This document shows positions 45,925-57,174 of a stretch of 64,000 nucleotides of DNA, in pieces. Under the pieces are notes generated by a model, which did not search any database, had not been told where the DNA came from, and was given only the letters and a program-made list of their open reading frames with translations. Position 1 is the first letter of the stretch; the number at the start of each line of letters is the position of its first letter. Origin of the DNA: Candidatus Nanopelagicales bacterium (GTDB lineage Bacteria > Actinomycetota > Actinomycetes > S36-B12 > UBA10799); contig JAGNDY010000002.1 in assembly GCA_018003655.1 (NCBI GenBank), positions 926-64,925 on the forward strand. Direction: 5' to 3'. The position numbers were made by a program, and so were the translations under genes.

Positions 45925-46332
45925 CTACAGCACCAAATGCGGCTTGATCTCGGCAACCTTGGCCAGCACCCCGTTGACGAACGACGGGGATTCCTCGGTC
46001 GACAATGAGCTGGCTAATTCCACGGCCTCGGAGATCGCGACGACGTCGGGTACATCGGACCAGAGAATCTCCCACGCCCCGATGCGCAGAACATTGAGGT
46101 CGACGGTCGGCATGCGCTCCAACGTCCAGCCCGATGAGTACGTCGCGAGCAACTCGTCGATGCGGGCCTGGTTCAGCTCGACGCCCTCCACGATCGTGCG
46201 CGTGTGGGAATTCAGCGGACCATCAGTTCGTGCCTCCAACGCGGCCAACGCGGTGGTGACCGGAACACCCTGGACCGACGCCTCGAACAAAACGTCGAGT
46301 GCCCGCTTGCGGGCTTTGCTGCGCGCTGACAC
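45925..46332 (-). CDS. nusB: transcription antitermination factor NusB
   Basis: 135 aa with the N-terminus RSKARKRALDVLFEA. It lies downstream of efp, as in other actinobacteria. Confidence 0.9.
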   Translation of the reverse strand: MSARSKARKRALDVLFEASVQGVPVTTALAALEARTDGPLNSHTRTIVEGVELNQARIDELLATYSSGWTLERMPTVDLNVLRIGAWEILWSDVPDVVAISEAVELASSLSTEESPSFVNGVLAKVAEIKPHLVL

Positions 46333-46349
46333 CGATTCGACTCGCGCGA

Positions 46350-46916
46350 TCAGCTAGAGACGCGGCTGATGTAGGAGCCGCCTTCGCGGGTGTCGACCTT
46401 GATCTTCTCGCCCACCTCAAGGAAAAGGGGCACGGCAATCTCCGCGCCAGTCTCCAGCCGCGCGGGCTTGGTGCCACCGGTCGACCGATCGCCCTGCAGG
46501 CCCGGCTCGGTGTATTCGATGAGCAACTCGACGCTCGCCGGTAGCTCCACGTAGAGCGCAATGCCCTCGTGGATCGCCACAACTACCTCTTGGTTCTCCA
46601 GTAGGAACTTGGCGGCATCGCCGACCACCGCTACCGAGACAGGCAGTTGGTCGTAGGTCTGGGTGTCCATGAAGATGAAGTCGTCGGCGTCCATGTAGGA
46701 GTACTGCATGGTGCGCTTGTCGACGCTGGCGGTCTCTACCTTGACGCCTGCGTTGAAGGTCTTGTCGACAACCTTGCCGGACATGACGTTCTTGAGCTTC
46801 GTCCGAACAAATGCCCCGCCCTTGCCCGGCTTGACGTGTTGAAACTCCACGACAGTCCACAACTGGCCATCGAGATTGAGCACGATGCCGTTCTTGAGGT
46901 CGTTAGTACTGGCCAC
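46350..46916 (-). CDS. efp: elongation factor P
   Basis: 188 aa with the block [40 protein letters not shown]. Confidence 0.97.
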   Translation of the reverse strand: MASTNDLKNGIVLNLDGQLWTVVEFQHVKPGKGGAFVRTKLKNVMSGKVVDKTFNAGVKVETASVDKRTMQYSYMDADDFIFMDTQTYDQLPVSVAVVGDAAKFLLENQEVVVAIHEGIALYVELPASVELLIEYTEPGLQGDRSTGGTKPARLETGAEIAVPLFLEVGEKIKVDTREGGSYISRVSS

Positions 46917-46930
46917 AAGGTCCTCTTTCG

Positions 46931-48016
46931 TTAGTCGAGCCTGATCAGTTCGCGTGAGGCCGTGGTCAACGGGACGGGACCACCGTCGGCAACCAGGCAG
47001 GTGTCTTCGATTCGGACGCCGCCACGGCCCGCCAGGTAGATCCCGGGCTCGATGGTCGCCACCACGCCTTCGGCAAGGGTACCGACGGAAGCTGCCGCGA
47101 ACAGCGGCGCCTCGTGGATCTGGAGCCCAACGCCGTGTCCCAGCCCGTGACTGAACTGCTCGGCGTAGCCAGCTTCGGCAATCACACCTCGCGCCACCGC
47201 ATCGACCGCGGCAACCTCGGCACCCGGTTGCAACGCGGCTCGTCCGGCAGCGGCAGCGCGTGCGACCACGCCGTGAATCTCCAACTGCCAGTCCTGTGGG
47301 TCGGCCCCGACCACGAAGGTCCGGGTGCAGTCGGCGTGATACCCAGCCACGCGAGCACCGAAATCAATCTTGAGTAGGTCACCGGACGCGACCGCGCGAT
47401 CGGTGGGTTCGTGGTGGGGAATGGCGCTGTTCGATCCGGTCGCGACGATCGTGGGGAACGCTCGGTCGTCGGCGCCTGCCTGCCCCATCAGCTGCTCAAG
47501 TCGGCGTGCCAGCGACAACTCAGTCATTCCGACGCGGACCTCGTCGACCAGTGTCGTGAGCGCTACCGTCGAGATCCGGCAGGCCTCACGCAGAGTCTCG
47601 ATCTCCCGGGCGTCCTTGACCACCCGAAGCGCATCCACAACTGGCGCGATCGCAACCACGTGCGCCAATTGCGCGCCCGCCTGACGCCATGAATCCATCA
47701 TCGCCAAGGTCACGAAATCCGATGCCACCGCGACGGCAGCGACTCCGAGTTCGCGCGCTTTGGTCAGCAACGCCACGTCGGTCCGGCGATCGATGAGCAA
47801 TTCGACGCCGGGACTCTGTGTTGCGGCCTGTTCGCGGTACCGACCGTCGGTTGCCAGCCAACTCTGCGCACCTGTCAGCAGCACCGATCCGTTACTGCCG
47901 GAGAAGCCGGTGAGCCACGCCACCCCTGGACCATCGGTGACCAACAGTGCCTGGTAGTCCGTTCCCGCACCGAGTCTGGTGAAGGCCCGGGCGCGCCGGC
48001 TGGTGAAGTCAGGCAC
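46931..48016 (-). CDS. pepQ: M24-family Xaa-Pro dipeptidase/aminopeptidase
   Basis: Has the metal-binding blocks [28 protein letters not shown] and GGVRIED. GTG 48016 was chosen to limit overlap with aroQ. Confidence 0.85.
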   Translation of the reverse strand: MPDFTSRRARAFTRLGAGTDYQALLVTDGPGVAWLTGFSGSNGSVLLTGAQSWLATDGRYREQAATQSPGVELLIDRRTDVALLTKARELGVAAVAVASDFVTLAMMDSWRQAGAQLAHVVAIAPVVDALRVVKDAREIETLREACRISTVALTTLVDEVRVGMTELSLARRLEQLMGQAGADDRAFPTIVATGSNSAIPHHEPTDRAVASGDLLKIDFGARVAGYHADCTRTFVVGADPQDWQLEIHGVVARAAAAGRAALQPGAEVAAVDAVARGVIAEAGYAEQFSHGLGHGVGLQIHEAPLFAAASVGTLAEGVVATIEPGIYLAGRGGVRIEDTCLVADGGPVPLTTASRELIRLD

Positions 48017-48485
48017 GTGGGGCAAGTCCGGCGACCGCGCGCAGCGCAAGAACGTAGGACTCGGTGCCAAAGCCAGCGATAGTCCCCGAGGCCACCGCCG
48101 AGATAACCGAGGTGTGCCGAAACTCCTCGCGCGCCGCGGGATTGCTCAGGTGAACCTCAACGAGCGGCGCGGTGTGCTGGGCACAGGCGTCACGCAACGC
48201 GTAGGAGTAGTGCGTGAAGGCGGCCGGGTTGAGCACCACGGGCAGTTCGGCATCAACCGCCTCGTTGATCCAACTGATCAGTTCGGCCTCGGAGTCCGTC
48301 TGGCGCACATCGGCGGCAAGTCCGAGTTCGGCAGCAGCGACCTGACACAACGTGACCAGATCGGAATAGCTCGCCGCGCCGTACACGTCGGGCTCACGAG
48401 TACCCAGGCGCGCGAGGTTTGGCCCATTGAGCACGAGCACAGTGCTCAACGGGGCTTCGTCAGTCACGCTCTTGGCCTCAGTCAC
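48009..48485 (-). CDS. aroQ: type II 3-dehydroquinate dehydratase
   Basis: Has the blocks VLVLNGPNLARLGTREPDVYG and HLSNPAAREEFRH. Confidence 0.9.
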   Translation of the reverse strand: MTEAKSVTDEAPLSTVLVLNGPNLARLGTREPDVYGAASYSDLVTLCQVAAAELGLAADVRQTDSEAELISWINEAVDAELPVVLNPAAFTHYSYALRDACAQHTAPLVEVHLSNPAAREEFRHTSVISAVASGTIAGFGTESYVLALRAVAGLAPRA

Positions 48486-48518
48486 TATTGTTCCCCGGTT
48501 CTGTTGCGGCTGAATCGA

Positions 48519-49634
48519 TCAAGCGCTGACCTGGTCGTAGGCCGCGACCAGTATGACCGGATCCGGGCCCTCCATGACGGCTGCTTTCGCGACATCCTCA
48601 AGGACGATGAATCGGAGCATGTCACCGCGAGTCTTCTTGTCGCGCTTCATCGCCGCGAGAAGTTCATCCCACCGGCCGCCCTGGTAGGTGATGGGCAGCC
48701 CCAGTGACGTCAGCACCGCCCGGTGCCGATCGACGACCCGGTCGGGGAGGCGGCCGCCAAGGTTCGCAACCTCGGCGGCGTAGACCATTCCCACGCTGAC
48801 CGCTGCGCCATGCCGCCAGCGGTAGCCCTCCACCCGTTCGATCGCGTGGGCAAGGGTGTGGCCGTAGTTCAGCAATTCGCGACCAATCCCCCCGCCGGTT
48901 GGCCCGCCCACGACCTCGCGGAAATCAGCCGACACCACGTCAGCCTTCACTTGGATTGCCCGGGTCACGAGCTCGAACACCACGTCCGCGTTCGGATCTG
49001 CCGCCGCAATTGGATCTGCCTCGATCAGGTCCAGGATGGCGGGGTCCTTAATAAAGCCTGCCTTCACCACCTCAGCCATGCCGCTGATGTAATCGAGCGC
49101 TGGCATGGTCGCAAGAGTCGCCAGATCGCAGATAACCAGCTCCGGTGGATAGAAGGCGCCCACCAGGTTCTTGCCCTCTTCGGTATTGATTCCGGTCTTG
49201 CCACCAACGGCGGCATCGACCATCGCCAGCAGCGTGGTGGGCACCTGAATCAGTGGCACGCCGCGCAGCCAGGTGGCTGCGACGAAGCCCGCCAAGTCGG
49301 TCGTGGCCCCGCCGCCGAGGCCGATGATCAGGTCAGTGCGGGTAAATGACGACTGGCCAAGCACCGACCAGCAGTAAGCAGCAACGTCAGAGGCCTTCGC
49401 CTTCTCCCCGTCGGGGATCTCGATCGTGATCGCGTCCTTGCCAGCGGCCGCGAGATCCTCCCGCAGGACGTCCGCCGTCGCTCTCAGTGTCGGTGGATGA
49501 ATGATCGCCACCCTCGCGACCGCATCGTCAACGGCACTGAGCAGTCTGGGCCCTAGGCCCGATCCAACGATGACGTCGTAGCTTGTCTCCGCGTCAACCC
49601 GGATGGTCGCCTCGCCGGACATACTGCTGGTCAC
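48519..49634 (-). CDS. aroB: 3-dehydroquinate synthase
   Basis: Has the blocks GLGGGATTDLAGFVAATWLRGV and LNYGHTLAHAIE. Confidence 0.93.
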   Translation of the reverse strand: MTSSMSGEATIRVDAETSYDVIVGSGLGPRLLSAVDDAVARVAIIHPPTLRATADVLREDLAAAGKDAITIEIPDGEKAKASDVAAYCWSVLGQSSFTRTDLIIGLGGGATTDLAGFVAATWLRGVPLIQVPTTLLAMVDAAVGGKTGINTEEGKNLVGAFYPPELVICDLATLATMPALDYISGMAEVVKAGFIKDPAILDLIEADPIAAADPNADVVFELVTRAIQVKADVVSADFREVVGGPTGGGIGRELLNYGHTLAHAIERVEGYRWRHGAAVSVGMVYAAEVANLGGRLPDRVVDRHRAVLTSLGLPITYQGGRWDELLAAMKRDKKTRGDMLRFIVLEDVAKAAVMEGPDPVILVAAYDQVSA

Positions 49635-50143
49635 TGGTCCTCCAGGGCGAGCCCATCGATGATGGCCTGCACGACGTCATCGATGGCCAACTCATCGGTG
49701 TCAACGGCGATGTTGGCAACCTCCTCGTAGAGAGGCACGCGCTCCTTGAGCAAAGACACCATCCGACCCCGCACATTTCCGAGTAAGACCGGCCTGGCCG
49801 CGTTCAGGCCTACCCTGCTCGCGGCAACGTCGGACGTGACCCGAAGCCACACGGTCGTGATGTTGGCCAGCTCAGCCCGCAGGTCGGGATCCATTACCGC
49901 GCCGCCACCCAGCGCCACAACGCCAACCTGCTCGACGAGTGCCTGGCGGACCACGGCTCGCTCACGTTCCCGGAAGTGGTCCTCGCCGGATTGGATGAAG
50001 ATATCGCCGACGGTCTGACCCTCGGCCAACTCAATGAGTCGGTCGGTGTCCGCAAATGGCACACCTAACCGCGTAGCAAGAGCATCGCCGACCGTGGTCT
50101 TGCCAGCACCGGGAGCACCGACCAGGACCACCGCAGGACTCAT
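49631..50143 (-). CDS. aroK: shikimate kinase
   Basis: Has the P-loop [14 protein letters not shown]. 4-nt overlaps with aroC and aroB. Confidence 0.9.
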   Translation of the reverse strand: MSPAVVLVGAPGAGKTTVGDALATRLGVPFADTDRLIELAEGQTVGDIFIQSGEDHFRERERAVVRQALVEQVGVVALGGGAVMDPDLRAELANITTVWLRVTSDVAASRVGLNAARPVLLGNVRGRMVSLLKERVPLYEEVANIAVDTDELAIDDVVQAIIDGLALEDQ

Positions 50144-51318
50144 CGGATCGTCAGTCCGTCCAAGTAACCGCGGGAATTGCGACGGGTCTCACTGAGGCTG
50201 TCGCCCCCGAACTTCTCCAATGCGACATCGGCAAGTACGAGCGCGACCATCGCCTCGGCAACGATGCCGGCCGCGGGGACCGCACACACGTCGGAGCGCT
50301 GATTGTGCGCCCGCGTTTCCTCACCGGTGGCCGTATCAACCGTGCGCAACGCGCGGGGGACGGTTGAAATGGGCTTCATCGCCGCGCGCACGCGCAGCCG
50401 TTCACCGGTGGACATGCCGCCTTCGGTTCCACCAGATCGACCCGACGCGCGCCGGATACCGTCAGCGGTGCGGATGATCTCGTCGTGCGCCTGCGAACCG
50501 CGCGAGGACGCTAGGTCAAATCCGTCTCCCAGCTCAACGCCCTTGATTGCCTGAATCCCCATGAGTGCGCCCGCCAACCGCGAGTCGAGGCGACGATCCC
50601 AATGAACGTGTGAACCCAGGCCGGGCGGCAGGCCATCGACAACGACCTCCACGACGCCTCCGAGAGTGTCCCCCTCGCGACGAGCGGCCTCGATCTCGTC
50701 CTGCATCGCAGCACTGGCCGCAGGATCGAAGCACCGGACCGGGTCTGCATCGAGGGCGGCCAGGTCGGCGAAACCTGGCTGGCGGTCCGATGGTGCCTCC
50801 ACCCTCCCCAGCGAAACCACATGACTGACCAGGGTGACATCGAGTGCCTGGCGCAGAAAGTTGCGAGCGACGGCGCCGAGCGCGACACGGGCTGCCGTCT
50901 CGCGGGCACTGGCACGCTCCAAGATCGGGCGCGCGTCATTGAAGTCGTACTTCTGCATACCAGCCAAGTCAGCATGACCCGGACGCGGTCGGGTCAGTGC
51001 CGCGTTGCGGGCAATGCCCGCAAGTTCGTCGGCGTCGACCGGATCGGCAGCCATGACCTTGTCCCACTTGGGCCACTCACTATTGGCGATCTCAATGGCA
51101 ATCGGACCGCCCTGGGTCAGACCATGACGAATTCCACCAACGACGCGAACCTCGTCGCGCTCGAACTTCATCCGGGCACCGCGCCCGGCGCCGAGGCGTC
51201 GACGTGCGAGCTCGTCGACGATGTCAGAACTGGTGGTCGCGACGCCCGCAGGCATTCCTTCCAGAATCGCTACGAGTGCGGGGCCGTGCGACTCACCTGC
51301 GGTCAACCAACGAAGCAT
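50140..51318 (-). CDS. aroC: chorismate synthase
   Basis: Has the N-terminus [16 protein letters not shown] and the block [16 protein letters not shown] 51318 is preferred over the ORF-track start at 51345. Confidence 0.95.
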   Translation of the reverse strand: MLRWLTAGESHGPALVAILEGMPAGVATTSSDIVDELARRRLGAGRGARMKFERDEVRVVGGIRHGLTQGGPIAIEIANSEWPKWDKVMAADPVDADELAGIARNAALTRPRPGHADLAGMQKYDFNDARPILERASARETAARVALGAVARNFLRQALDVTLVSHVVSLGRVEAPSDRQPGFADLAALDADPVRCFDPAASAAMQDEIEAARREGDTLGGVVEVVVDGLPPGLGSHVHWDRRLDSRLAGALMGIQAIKGVELGDGFDLASSRGSQAHDEIIRTADGIRRASGRSGGTEGGMSTGERLRVRAAMKPISTVPRALRTVDTATGEETRAHNQRSDVCAVPAAGIVAEAMVALVLADVALEKFGGDSLSETRRNSRGYLDGLTIR

Positions 51319-51345
51319 TCGGCCATTGTTCCATGTCTCTTGCAA

Positions 51346-52005
51346 TTAGCTGACCGGCGTGGATACGTATAACTCGGTGATTCGTTCGGCGTACAGCACG
51401 GCGACCAGGGCTCCGGCCAGCATGAACGGGCCAAATGGGATCGCGGTCTTGCGGTTCGCACGCCGCAGAGCCAACAGAACGAGACTGACCAGGGCGCCGA
51501 TGAAGAAGGCCGCGAACAAGCCGATCACCACGAACTTCCAGCCCAGGAAGCCCAGTCCCAGCCCGAGCATGGCCGCGAGCTTGACATCGCCCATACCCAT
51601 CCCAGCCGGATAGATCAGCGCGAGGATGAAGTAGAAACCGAACATTGCCAGCGCTCCGAGCCACGCCCTGCCATAGCAGGACCACGATCCGGCAACAACG
51701 GCCGGAAGGAACAACAGCAGGCCAACGGCGGGGATCGAAGTGAGGGTCAACCGGTCGGGCAGTCGGTGATGTTCGACATCTATCACGGCCAACAACGAGC
51801 CAACGACCGCTATCCATAGGAATGCCGGCAGCTCCCACGTCGCCCCGATCCCCCATGCGGTCAGCCCCGCGACCAGCCCCACCACCGGTGCCGTGAGGAC
51901 AGGTGCTGCGGATATCGGAACTCCGACAAATCGCGCGCAGATCGTTCTCGCGAACCAACCGACCAGCATCCCGGACAGCACGGAAACAACGACCACGATC
52001 ATCAC
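51346..52005 (-). CDS. A24-family prepilin peptidase-like membrane protein
   Basis: A polytopic protein with the Asp-containing block PAGMGMGDVKLAAMLG. Confidence 0.75.
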   Translation of the reverse strand: MMIVVVVSVLSGMLVGWFARTICARFVGVPISAAPVLTAPVVGLVAGLTAWGIGATWELPAFLWIAVVGSLLAVIDVEHHRLPDRLTLTSIPAVGLLLFLPAVVAGSWSCYGRAWLGALAMFGFYFILALIYPAGMGMGDVKLAAMLGLGLGFLGWKFVVIGLFAAFFIGALVSLVLLALRRANRKTAIPFGPFMLAGALVAVLYAERITELYVSTPVS

Positions 52006-52083
52006 AACGCCAACCCTAGGGTTCTGTCACGTCATCCGCGCCCTGTCGCGACCACCCCTGTGGAAAGCTCACTAACGATGCGC

Positions 52084-52941
52084 CTAGTTGGCTTCCAGGG
52101 CGCGTCGACCGGCGGTCAGCATCGCGTCTATTGGCGCGTCCTGCCCGGTCATCAACCGGACCTGCTCCGCAGCCTGTCCAACCAGCATCGCCAACCCGCC
52201 AATTGCCGTTCCACCCTGGCTTTGCCAGGATTCCGCGAGGTCGGTTGGCCAGGGCGAATAGACCACGTCCAGCAGGACTCCCGGCTCATTGGGCACGTCG
52301 AGCGACAACCGGTCGGCGGCGTGAGCTGGCAGCGTGCTGACCAGAATGTCGCTGAGCAGAAGCTCATCGGCGCGCTCCCACGGCACAATGACCAAGTCGA
52401 GTCCAGCATCCTGGGCGAAAGGTGCCAGTGCATGTGCCGCCTGTGTCCGGCGAGCACTCACCGTCACCGATGCCACGCCCAACTGCCCGAGTGCGACCAA
52501 TGCCGAGCGAGTCGTTGCCCCCGCCCCCAGCAGTGCCACGCTCTGGCCCGCCAGCACCGAGGCGTCAGCCTTCACACCACCTTCGACCAGTGCCCAGGCA
52601 ATCCCGGCCACGTCGGTGTTGTACCCGCATGTGATTCGACCGTCTGCCCGATCCTCGAATACCACCGTGTTGACGGCGTGGGTTCGCGCTGCGACGGCAG
52701 AGACCTCATCGAGCAAGGGAATCACTGCCTCTTTGAGCGGCATCGTCAGCGACAAACCGACCCAGTCAGAGTCCAGCGACCCGAGGAATGCGGTCAGCTG
52801 ATCCGCGGTGACTTCCAGAGCGTCGTACCGCCAATCCAGACCCAACTCGGCGTACGCAGCACGGTGCAAGGTCGGAGACAGCGAGTGGGTGATCGGCGAG
52901 CCCAACACAGCAGCGCGTCGGGTGGTGGGTGCGTCAGACAC
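52084..52941 (-). CDS. aroE: shikimate dehydrogenase
   Basis: Has the blocks LGSPITHSLSPTLHRAAY and LLGAGATTRSAL. Confidence 0.85.
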   Translation of the reverse strand: MSDAPTTRRAAVLGSPITHSLSPTLHRAAYAELGLDWRYDALEVTADQLTAFLGSLDSDWVGLSLTMPLKEAVIPLLDEVSAVAARTHAVNTVVFEDRADGRITCGYNTDVAGIAWALVEGGVKADASVLAGQSVALLGAGATTRSALVALGQLGVASVTVSARRTQAAHALAPFAQDAGLDLVIVPWERADELLLSDILVSTLPAHAADRLSLDVPNEPGVLLDVVYSPWPTDLAESWQSQGGTAIGGLAMLVGQAAEQVRLMTGQDAPIDAMLTAGRRALEAN

Positions 52942-52943
52942 TG

Positions 52944-54047
52944 CTACTGACCGCTGGACTGCTTATCGAACGCAGCACGCATGTCCTCTTGGTCCTTAAG
53001 GAACTGCTTGTAACTGTTGGTGAAGCGCATCTCCTTGGTGCCAGGGATGGACAGGAAATACGTCCAGTCACCCGGCGCAGGGTCAAGTGCGGCCACCAGC
53101 GCGGCCTGACCAGGGCTGTTGATGGGGGTTGGGGGCAGTCCGTCGTGCAGGTACGTGTTGTACGGGGTGTCCTGCTTGAGTTGCGCTCCAGTCAGTTCTT
53201 CCTGGCTGGTGCCCAGTCCGTAGTTGACGGTGGAATCCAACTGCAACCGCATGGGGGCGGCCAGGCGGTTGTAGATGGTTCGCGAGATTTGGGCGAAGTA
53301 GTTCTCGTAGCCCTCCTTCTCGAGAATGCTCGCGACGGTGACGATGTCATGCGGGCTTTGGCCGATCGCGGCCGCACGCTTGACCAAGTCGATCTCCGTG
53401 GCGACGGACTTGAACTTGTCGATCATCGCCTTGAAGATGCTTGTCGCGGTCGCATCGGGACCGAAGTCGTAGGTTGCGGGGTACAGATAGCCCTCGACGT
53501 CATTCCTTGCGTACGCGGGCAAACCCAGGTCGCTGGGGTCTTTGATCAGCGCATTGAACTGCTCGACCGAAATCTTTGTCGCATCCGCGGCAGCTTGGGC
53601 GATGTCGGTTGCCGTAGCGCCTTCTGGAACAACAACGACGCTCTGGATCAGATTGGCAGGATCGGACAGGATGCCGAGCGCGCCGGAAGCGGTCATTTGT
53701 TCCTTCATCTTGAAGAAGCCTGTCTGGATCCCACGAGCACGATCATCCCCACTGGCCGCATCAACGAACGCCTCAGTGGACAGCACCACGTCCTTGGCCT
53801 TCAGTTCATCGGCGATGGCAGGAATCGATTGCCCCTGTGACACCTGCACCGTGACTTCGCCTTGCCCTGGACCCGGGTAATCGGGTGCGGGCTTCAAAAC
53901 GAAGATGTAGGCGACGACAGCGCCACCGGCGACCAGAGCGAAAACAGTGACTAGCGCAATCCAGATCGCCACGCGTGAACGTCTGCGTCCCGGCGTCGGG
54001 TCTTCGCTTTCAGGATGATTCGTCATGGTCAGGCCAAGCTGGCTCAT
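52944..54047 (-). CDS. mltG: endolytic murein transglycosylase MltG (YceG-like)
   Basis: Has an N-terminal TM helix and the blocks EGYLYPATYDF and NTYLHDGLPPTPINSPG. Confidence 0.88.
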   Translation of the reverse strand: MSQLGLTMTNHPESEDPTPGRRRSRVAIWIALVTVFALVAGGAVVAYIFVLKPAPDYPGPGQGEVTVQVSQGQSIPAIADELKAKDVVLSTEAFVDAASGDDRARGIQTGFFKMKEQMTASGALGILSDPANLIQSVVVVPEGATATDIAQAAADATKISVEQFNALIKDPSDLGLPAYARNDVEGYLYPATYDFGPDATATSIFKAMIDKFKSVATEIDLVKRAAAIGQSPHDIVTVASILEKEGYENYFAQISRTIYNRLAAPMRLQLDSTVNYGLGTSQEELTGAQLKQDTPYNTYLHDGLPPTPINSPGQAALVAALDPAPGDWTYFLSIPGTKEMRFTNSYKQFLKDQEDMRAAFDKQSSGQ

Positions 54048-54499
54048 GGCGTCCTTACATTCGTGCCGAGGGGCTCTCCGGTGGCCCGTTCGGCGTCAAG
54101 GGCGTGCTGAACGATGATGACAGCCGCAGCCTGATCCACCACGGATCTGCCCTGGCGAGTCGTTCTGCCAGCTTCATGCAGGCCACGCTGGGCCTGGACG
54201 GTGCTCAGCCGCTCATCGACCATCAGGACCGGGGTGGGCGCGATCGCCGCAGCCAACGCCTCGGCGTACCGTGTCGCCAACGCAGCCGCCTTGCCAGGCT
54301 GGCCAGACATGGACAGCGGCATGCCAACTAGCACCTCAAGGGGTTCGTACTCGGCCACCAACGTCACCAACGCGGCAAGATCGCCCTTGCCGCGGCGCAG
54401 GGTCGCGACAGGCACGGCCAGAGATCCACTGGCATCGCTTCGGGCAACTCCTACGCGCACTGACCCCACGTCAACGCCGAACCGGATGCCCGGGCGCAC
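54044..54499 (-). CDS. ruvX: Holliday-junction-resolvase-like nuclease RuvX/YqgF
   Basis: Has the blocks FGVDVGSVRVGVARSD and VDERLSTVQA. Confidence 0.88.
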   Translation of the reverse strand: MRPGIRFGVDVGSVRVGVARSDASGSLAVPVATLRRGKGDLAALVTLVAEYEPLEVLVGMPLSMSGQPGKAAALATRYAEALAAAIAPTPVLMVDERLSTVQAQRGLHEAGRTTRQGRSVVDQAAAVIIVQHALDAERATGEPLGTNVRTP

Positions 54500-54501
54500 T
54501 T

Positions 54502-57174
54502 CTAACCTGCGACCGATCGTACGTAGTCGGTGACCGCTACGAACGCATCGTTCAGACCTGCCGGGCGGGTGCCCCCGCCTTGGGCGATGTCCGCTTTGCC
54601 GCCACCACGACCGTCAATCGACGGTAGCGCTGCCTTGAGTACGTCCGAGGCGTTAATGCCTCGATCCCTACCCAAATCGTTGACTGCCGCAACGAGTGAC
54701 AACTTGCCGCCAGCTTCTGACGACCCCACCATCGCGACCGGGATATCGGGACGGGTCAGGCCGATGCCCCGCTGGATCAGGTCCCGTAGCTCGCCGCCAC
54801 CCAAATCATCCGGAGCACGGAAGGTCCAGAGTCGGACGTCGCCGATGTCGATGTGACTTCCCAAGATCGAGGTCAGGTTGGATGCCAAATTCGCTTGCTT
54901 GGTCTTGGCTAGCTCCCTTTCGGCGTCCTTCAACCGTGCGACCATCCCGGCGACCCGCTCCGGTAGCACGTCAGCGGACACGTTGAGCATCTCGGCAAGT
55001 TGCGCGACCATGTCCCGCTCCCGCGCGAGGTATGCGAACGCCGGCAGTCCGACCGTCGCCTCGATGCGGCGGGTTCCAGAGCCAATCGACGATTCCCCCG
55101 ACACCGCGATCGGGCCGATCTGCGAACTCGCTGAGACGTGCGTTCCCCCGCACAGCTCACGGGACCAAGGACCGCCGATCTCCACCACCCGAACACTGTC
55201 GCCGTAGGTCTCGCCGAACAGAGCCAGGGCGCCAGCTTTCTTTGCCTCGGCCAACGTCATGTACTGCACCCCGACCGGCAGATCGTCGCGTACAGCGCGG
55301 TTGGACACCTCCTCAACCGAAGAGCGAAGCTGGCGGGTCAGCGGCGCACTCCAGGCGAAGTCAAGTCGCAAATAGCCCGGGCGGTTGAACGAACCCGACT
55401 GCAGCGCAGTCGGGCCCAGCACCTCACGCAGTGCTGCGTGCACAATGTGGGTACCGGAGTGGGCTTGCCGGGCATCGCGGCGCCAGGCTGGGTCGACCTG
55501 GGCGTGCACCTGCTGATCAAGGGCTACTTCCCCGCGCAGCACCCGAACCTTGTGCGCGACGAGTCCCTTGACTGGCCGCTGCACGTCGATGACCTCGATC
55601 TCGACACCGTCACCGGTGAGAACTCCGGCATCGGCATGTTGTCCGCCGGACTCCGCGTAGAAGGTGGTGCGGTCGAGCACCACCGTGCCCACCTCACCCT
55701 CGCCAAGCGCGGGGACAGCCTGTGCCTCCTTGATGATTCCGACTACCCGGGATTCGCAGTCCAGTCCCTCGTAGGCCAACCAGTCGGTAGCCCCATCGGA
55801 GTCCAGAATTGCCCGGAAGACACTCAGGTCGGCCAGGCCGGACTTCTTACTGCGCGCATCCTCCTTGGCCCGGAAACGCTGATCCTCCATGAGCGCCCGG
55901 AATCCCGCTTGATCGACATCCAGACCCGCTTCGCCCGCCATCTCCAGCGTCAGATCAATGGGGAACCCATAGGTGTCGTGCAGCAAGAACGCCTTGGATC
56001 CCGGCAACGTGGTGGAACCGGACTTGTGCAAATCGTCGACGGCGGTCTGGAAGATCGCGGTTCCTGACCGCAACGTCTCTAGAAACGCCCTCTCCTCAGT
56101 GGTGACAATCGCTTGGATGCGCTCCTTGTCCGCTATCAACTCTGGGTACTGTGGGCCCATCGAGGCAACGACCGCCTCGACGAGGTCTGCCATCACCGGC
56201 TGAGTGGCCCCGAGCAAACGCATCTTGTTGATCACCCGGCGAGTGAGTCTGCGCAAGACGTACCCGCGACCCTCGTTCCCCGGCAGAACGCCATCGCCAA
56301 TGATGAACGTGCATGTGCGCGAGTGGTCGGCGATGACCCGCAGCGCCACGTCATCAGCCTCGTTGTCGCCGTAATGCTTGCCGGTAATCGCAGTGGCCTT
56401 GTCCAGCACTACCCGAGAGGTGTCGATCTCGTAGATGTTGTCGACACCCTGCAGTAACGCCGCTATCCGTTCCAGGCCCGCTCCGGTATCGATGTTCTTG
56501 GCAGGCAGATCTGCCAGGATCGGGTAGTCCTGTTTGCCCTGGCCCTCGCCGCGTTCGGATTGCATAAAGACCAGGTTCCAGATCTCCAGATAACGGTCTT
56601 CGTCAGCAATCGGACCGCCCTCCCGGCCGTGCTCGGGACCGCGGTCGTAGTAGATCTCGCTGCACGGTCCGCAGGGCCCGGGCACGCCCATGGACCAGAA
56701 ATTGTCGGCTTTACCGCGTCGCTGAATCCTTTCGGCAGGGACGTCGGTCAACTCAAGCCACAGTCGCTCGCTCTCGTCATCGTCCTCGTACACGGTGACC
56801 CACAGGCGATCCTTGGCCAGCCCGTAACCGCCCTGCTCCACCGATGCCGTGAGCAAGTCCCAGGCCAGCGGAATCGCCCCGGACTTGAAGTAGTCACCGA
56901 ACGAGAAGTTGCCGCACATCTGAAAGAAAGAGGCGTGCCGAGTGGTCTTGCCGACCTCGTCAATATCGAGGGTTCGCACGCACTTCTGAACGCTGGTTGC
57001 TGTTCGGTAGGGTGGCGGCGCTTCACCGAGGAAGTACGGCTTGAATGGCACCATTCCGGCGTTGACAAACAACAGAGTCGGATCGTCGAGCGGCAACGGC
57101 GCACTGGGTACCACTGTGTGTCCACGCTCTTGAAAGAACGCCAGGAATCGGCGTCTGATCTCTGCAGATTCCAT
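54502..57174 (-). CDS. alaS: alanine--tRNA ligase
   Basis: 890 aa with the blocks FFQMCGNFSFGDYFK, WSMGVPGPCGPCSEIYYD, an editing-domain HSGTHIVHAAL and CGGTHV. Confidence 0.97.
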   Translation of the reverse strand: MESAEIRRRFLAFFQERGHTVVPSAPLPLDDPTLLFVNAGMVPFKPYFLGEAPPPYRTATSVQKCVRTLDIDEVGKTTRHASFFQMCGNFSFGDYFKSGAIPLAWDLLTASVEQGGYGLAKDRLWVTVYEDDDESERLWLELTDVPAERIQRRGKADNFWSMGVPGPCGPCSEIYYDRGPEHGREGGPIADEDRYLEIWNLVFMQSERGEGQGKQDYPILADLPAKNIDTGAGLERIAALLQGVDNIYEIDTSRVVLDKATAITGKHYGDNEADDVALRVIADHSRTCTFIIGDGVLPGNEGRGYVLRRLTRRVINKMRLLGATQPVMADLVEAVVASMGPQYPELIADKERIQAIVTTEERAFLETLRSGTAIFQTAVDDLHKSGSTTLPGSKAFLLHDTYGFPIDLTLEMAGEAGLDVDQAGFRALMEDQRFRAKEDARSKKSGLADLSVFRAILDSDGATDWLAYEGLDCESRVVGIIKEAQAVPALGEGEVGTVVLDRTTFYAESGGQHADAGVLTGDGVEIEVIDVQRPVKGLVAHKVRVLRGEVALDQQVHAQVDPAWRRDARQAHSGTHIVHAALREVLGPTALQSGSFNRPGYLRLDFAWSAPLTRQLRSSVEEVSNRAVRDDLPVGVQYMTLAEAKKAGALALFGETYGDSVRVVEIGGPWSRELCGGTHVSASSQIGPIAVSGESSIGSGTRRIEATVGLPAFAYLARERDMVAQLAEMLNVSADVLPERVAGMVARLKDAERELAKTKQANLASNLTSILGSHIDIGDVRLWTFRAPDDLGGGELRDLIQRGIGLTRPDIPVAMVGSSEAGGKLSLVAAVNDLGRDRGINASDVLKAALPSIDGRGGGKADIAQGGGTRPAGLNDAFVAVTDYVRSVAG

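Noticed and set aside
51346-52005. Prepilin peptidase as a sign of a type IV pilus or Tad system
   Set aside because: No pilin, ATPase or secretin-like genes are nearby. An A24 peptidase between aroE and aroC is, from memory, a conserved actinobacterial arrangement, so it is not evidence for a novel system here.
52060-53840. Two long plus-strand ORFs (296 aa and 303 aa)
   Set aside because: They are antisense to aroE and mltG, which have strong family motifs. Their composition is typical of non-coding shadow frames.
45925-57174. Chain of 4-nt ATGA/GTGA start-stop overlaps through the alaS-ruvX-mltG-aroE and aroC-aroK-aroB genes
   Set aside because: This is ordinary translational coupling in compact actinobacterial operons. 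The gene order matches the known conserved layout.
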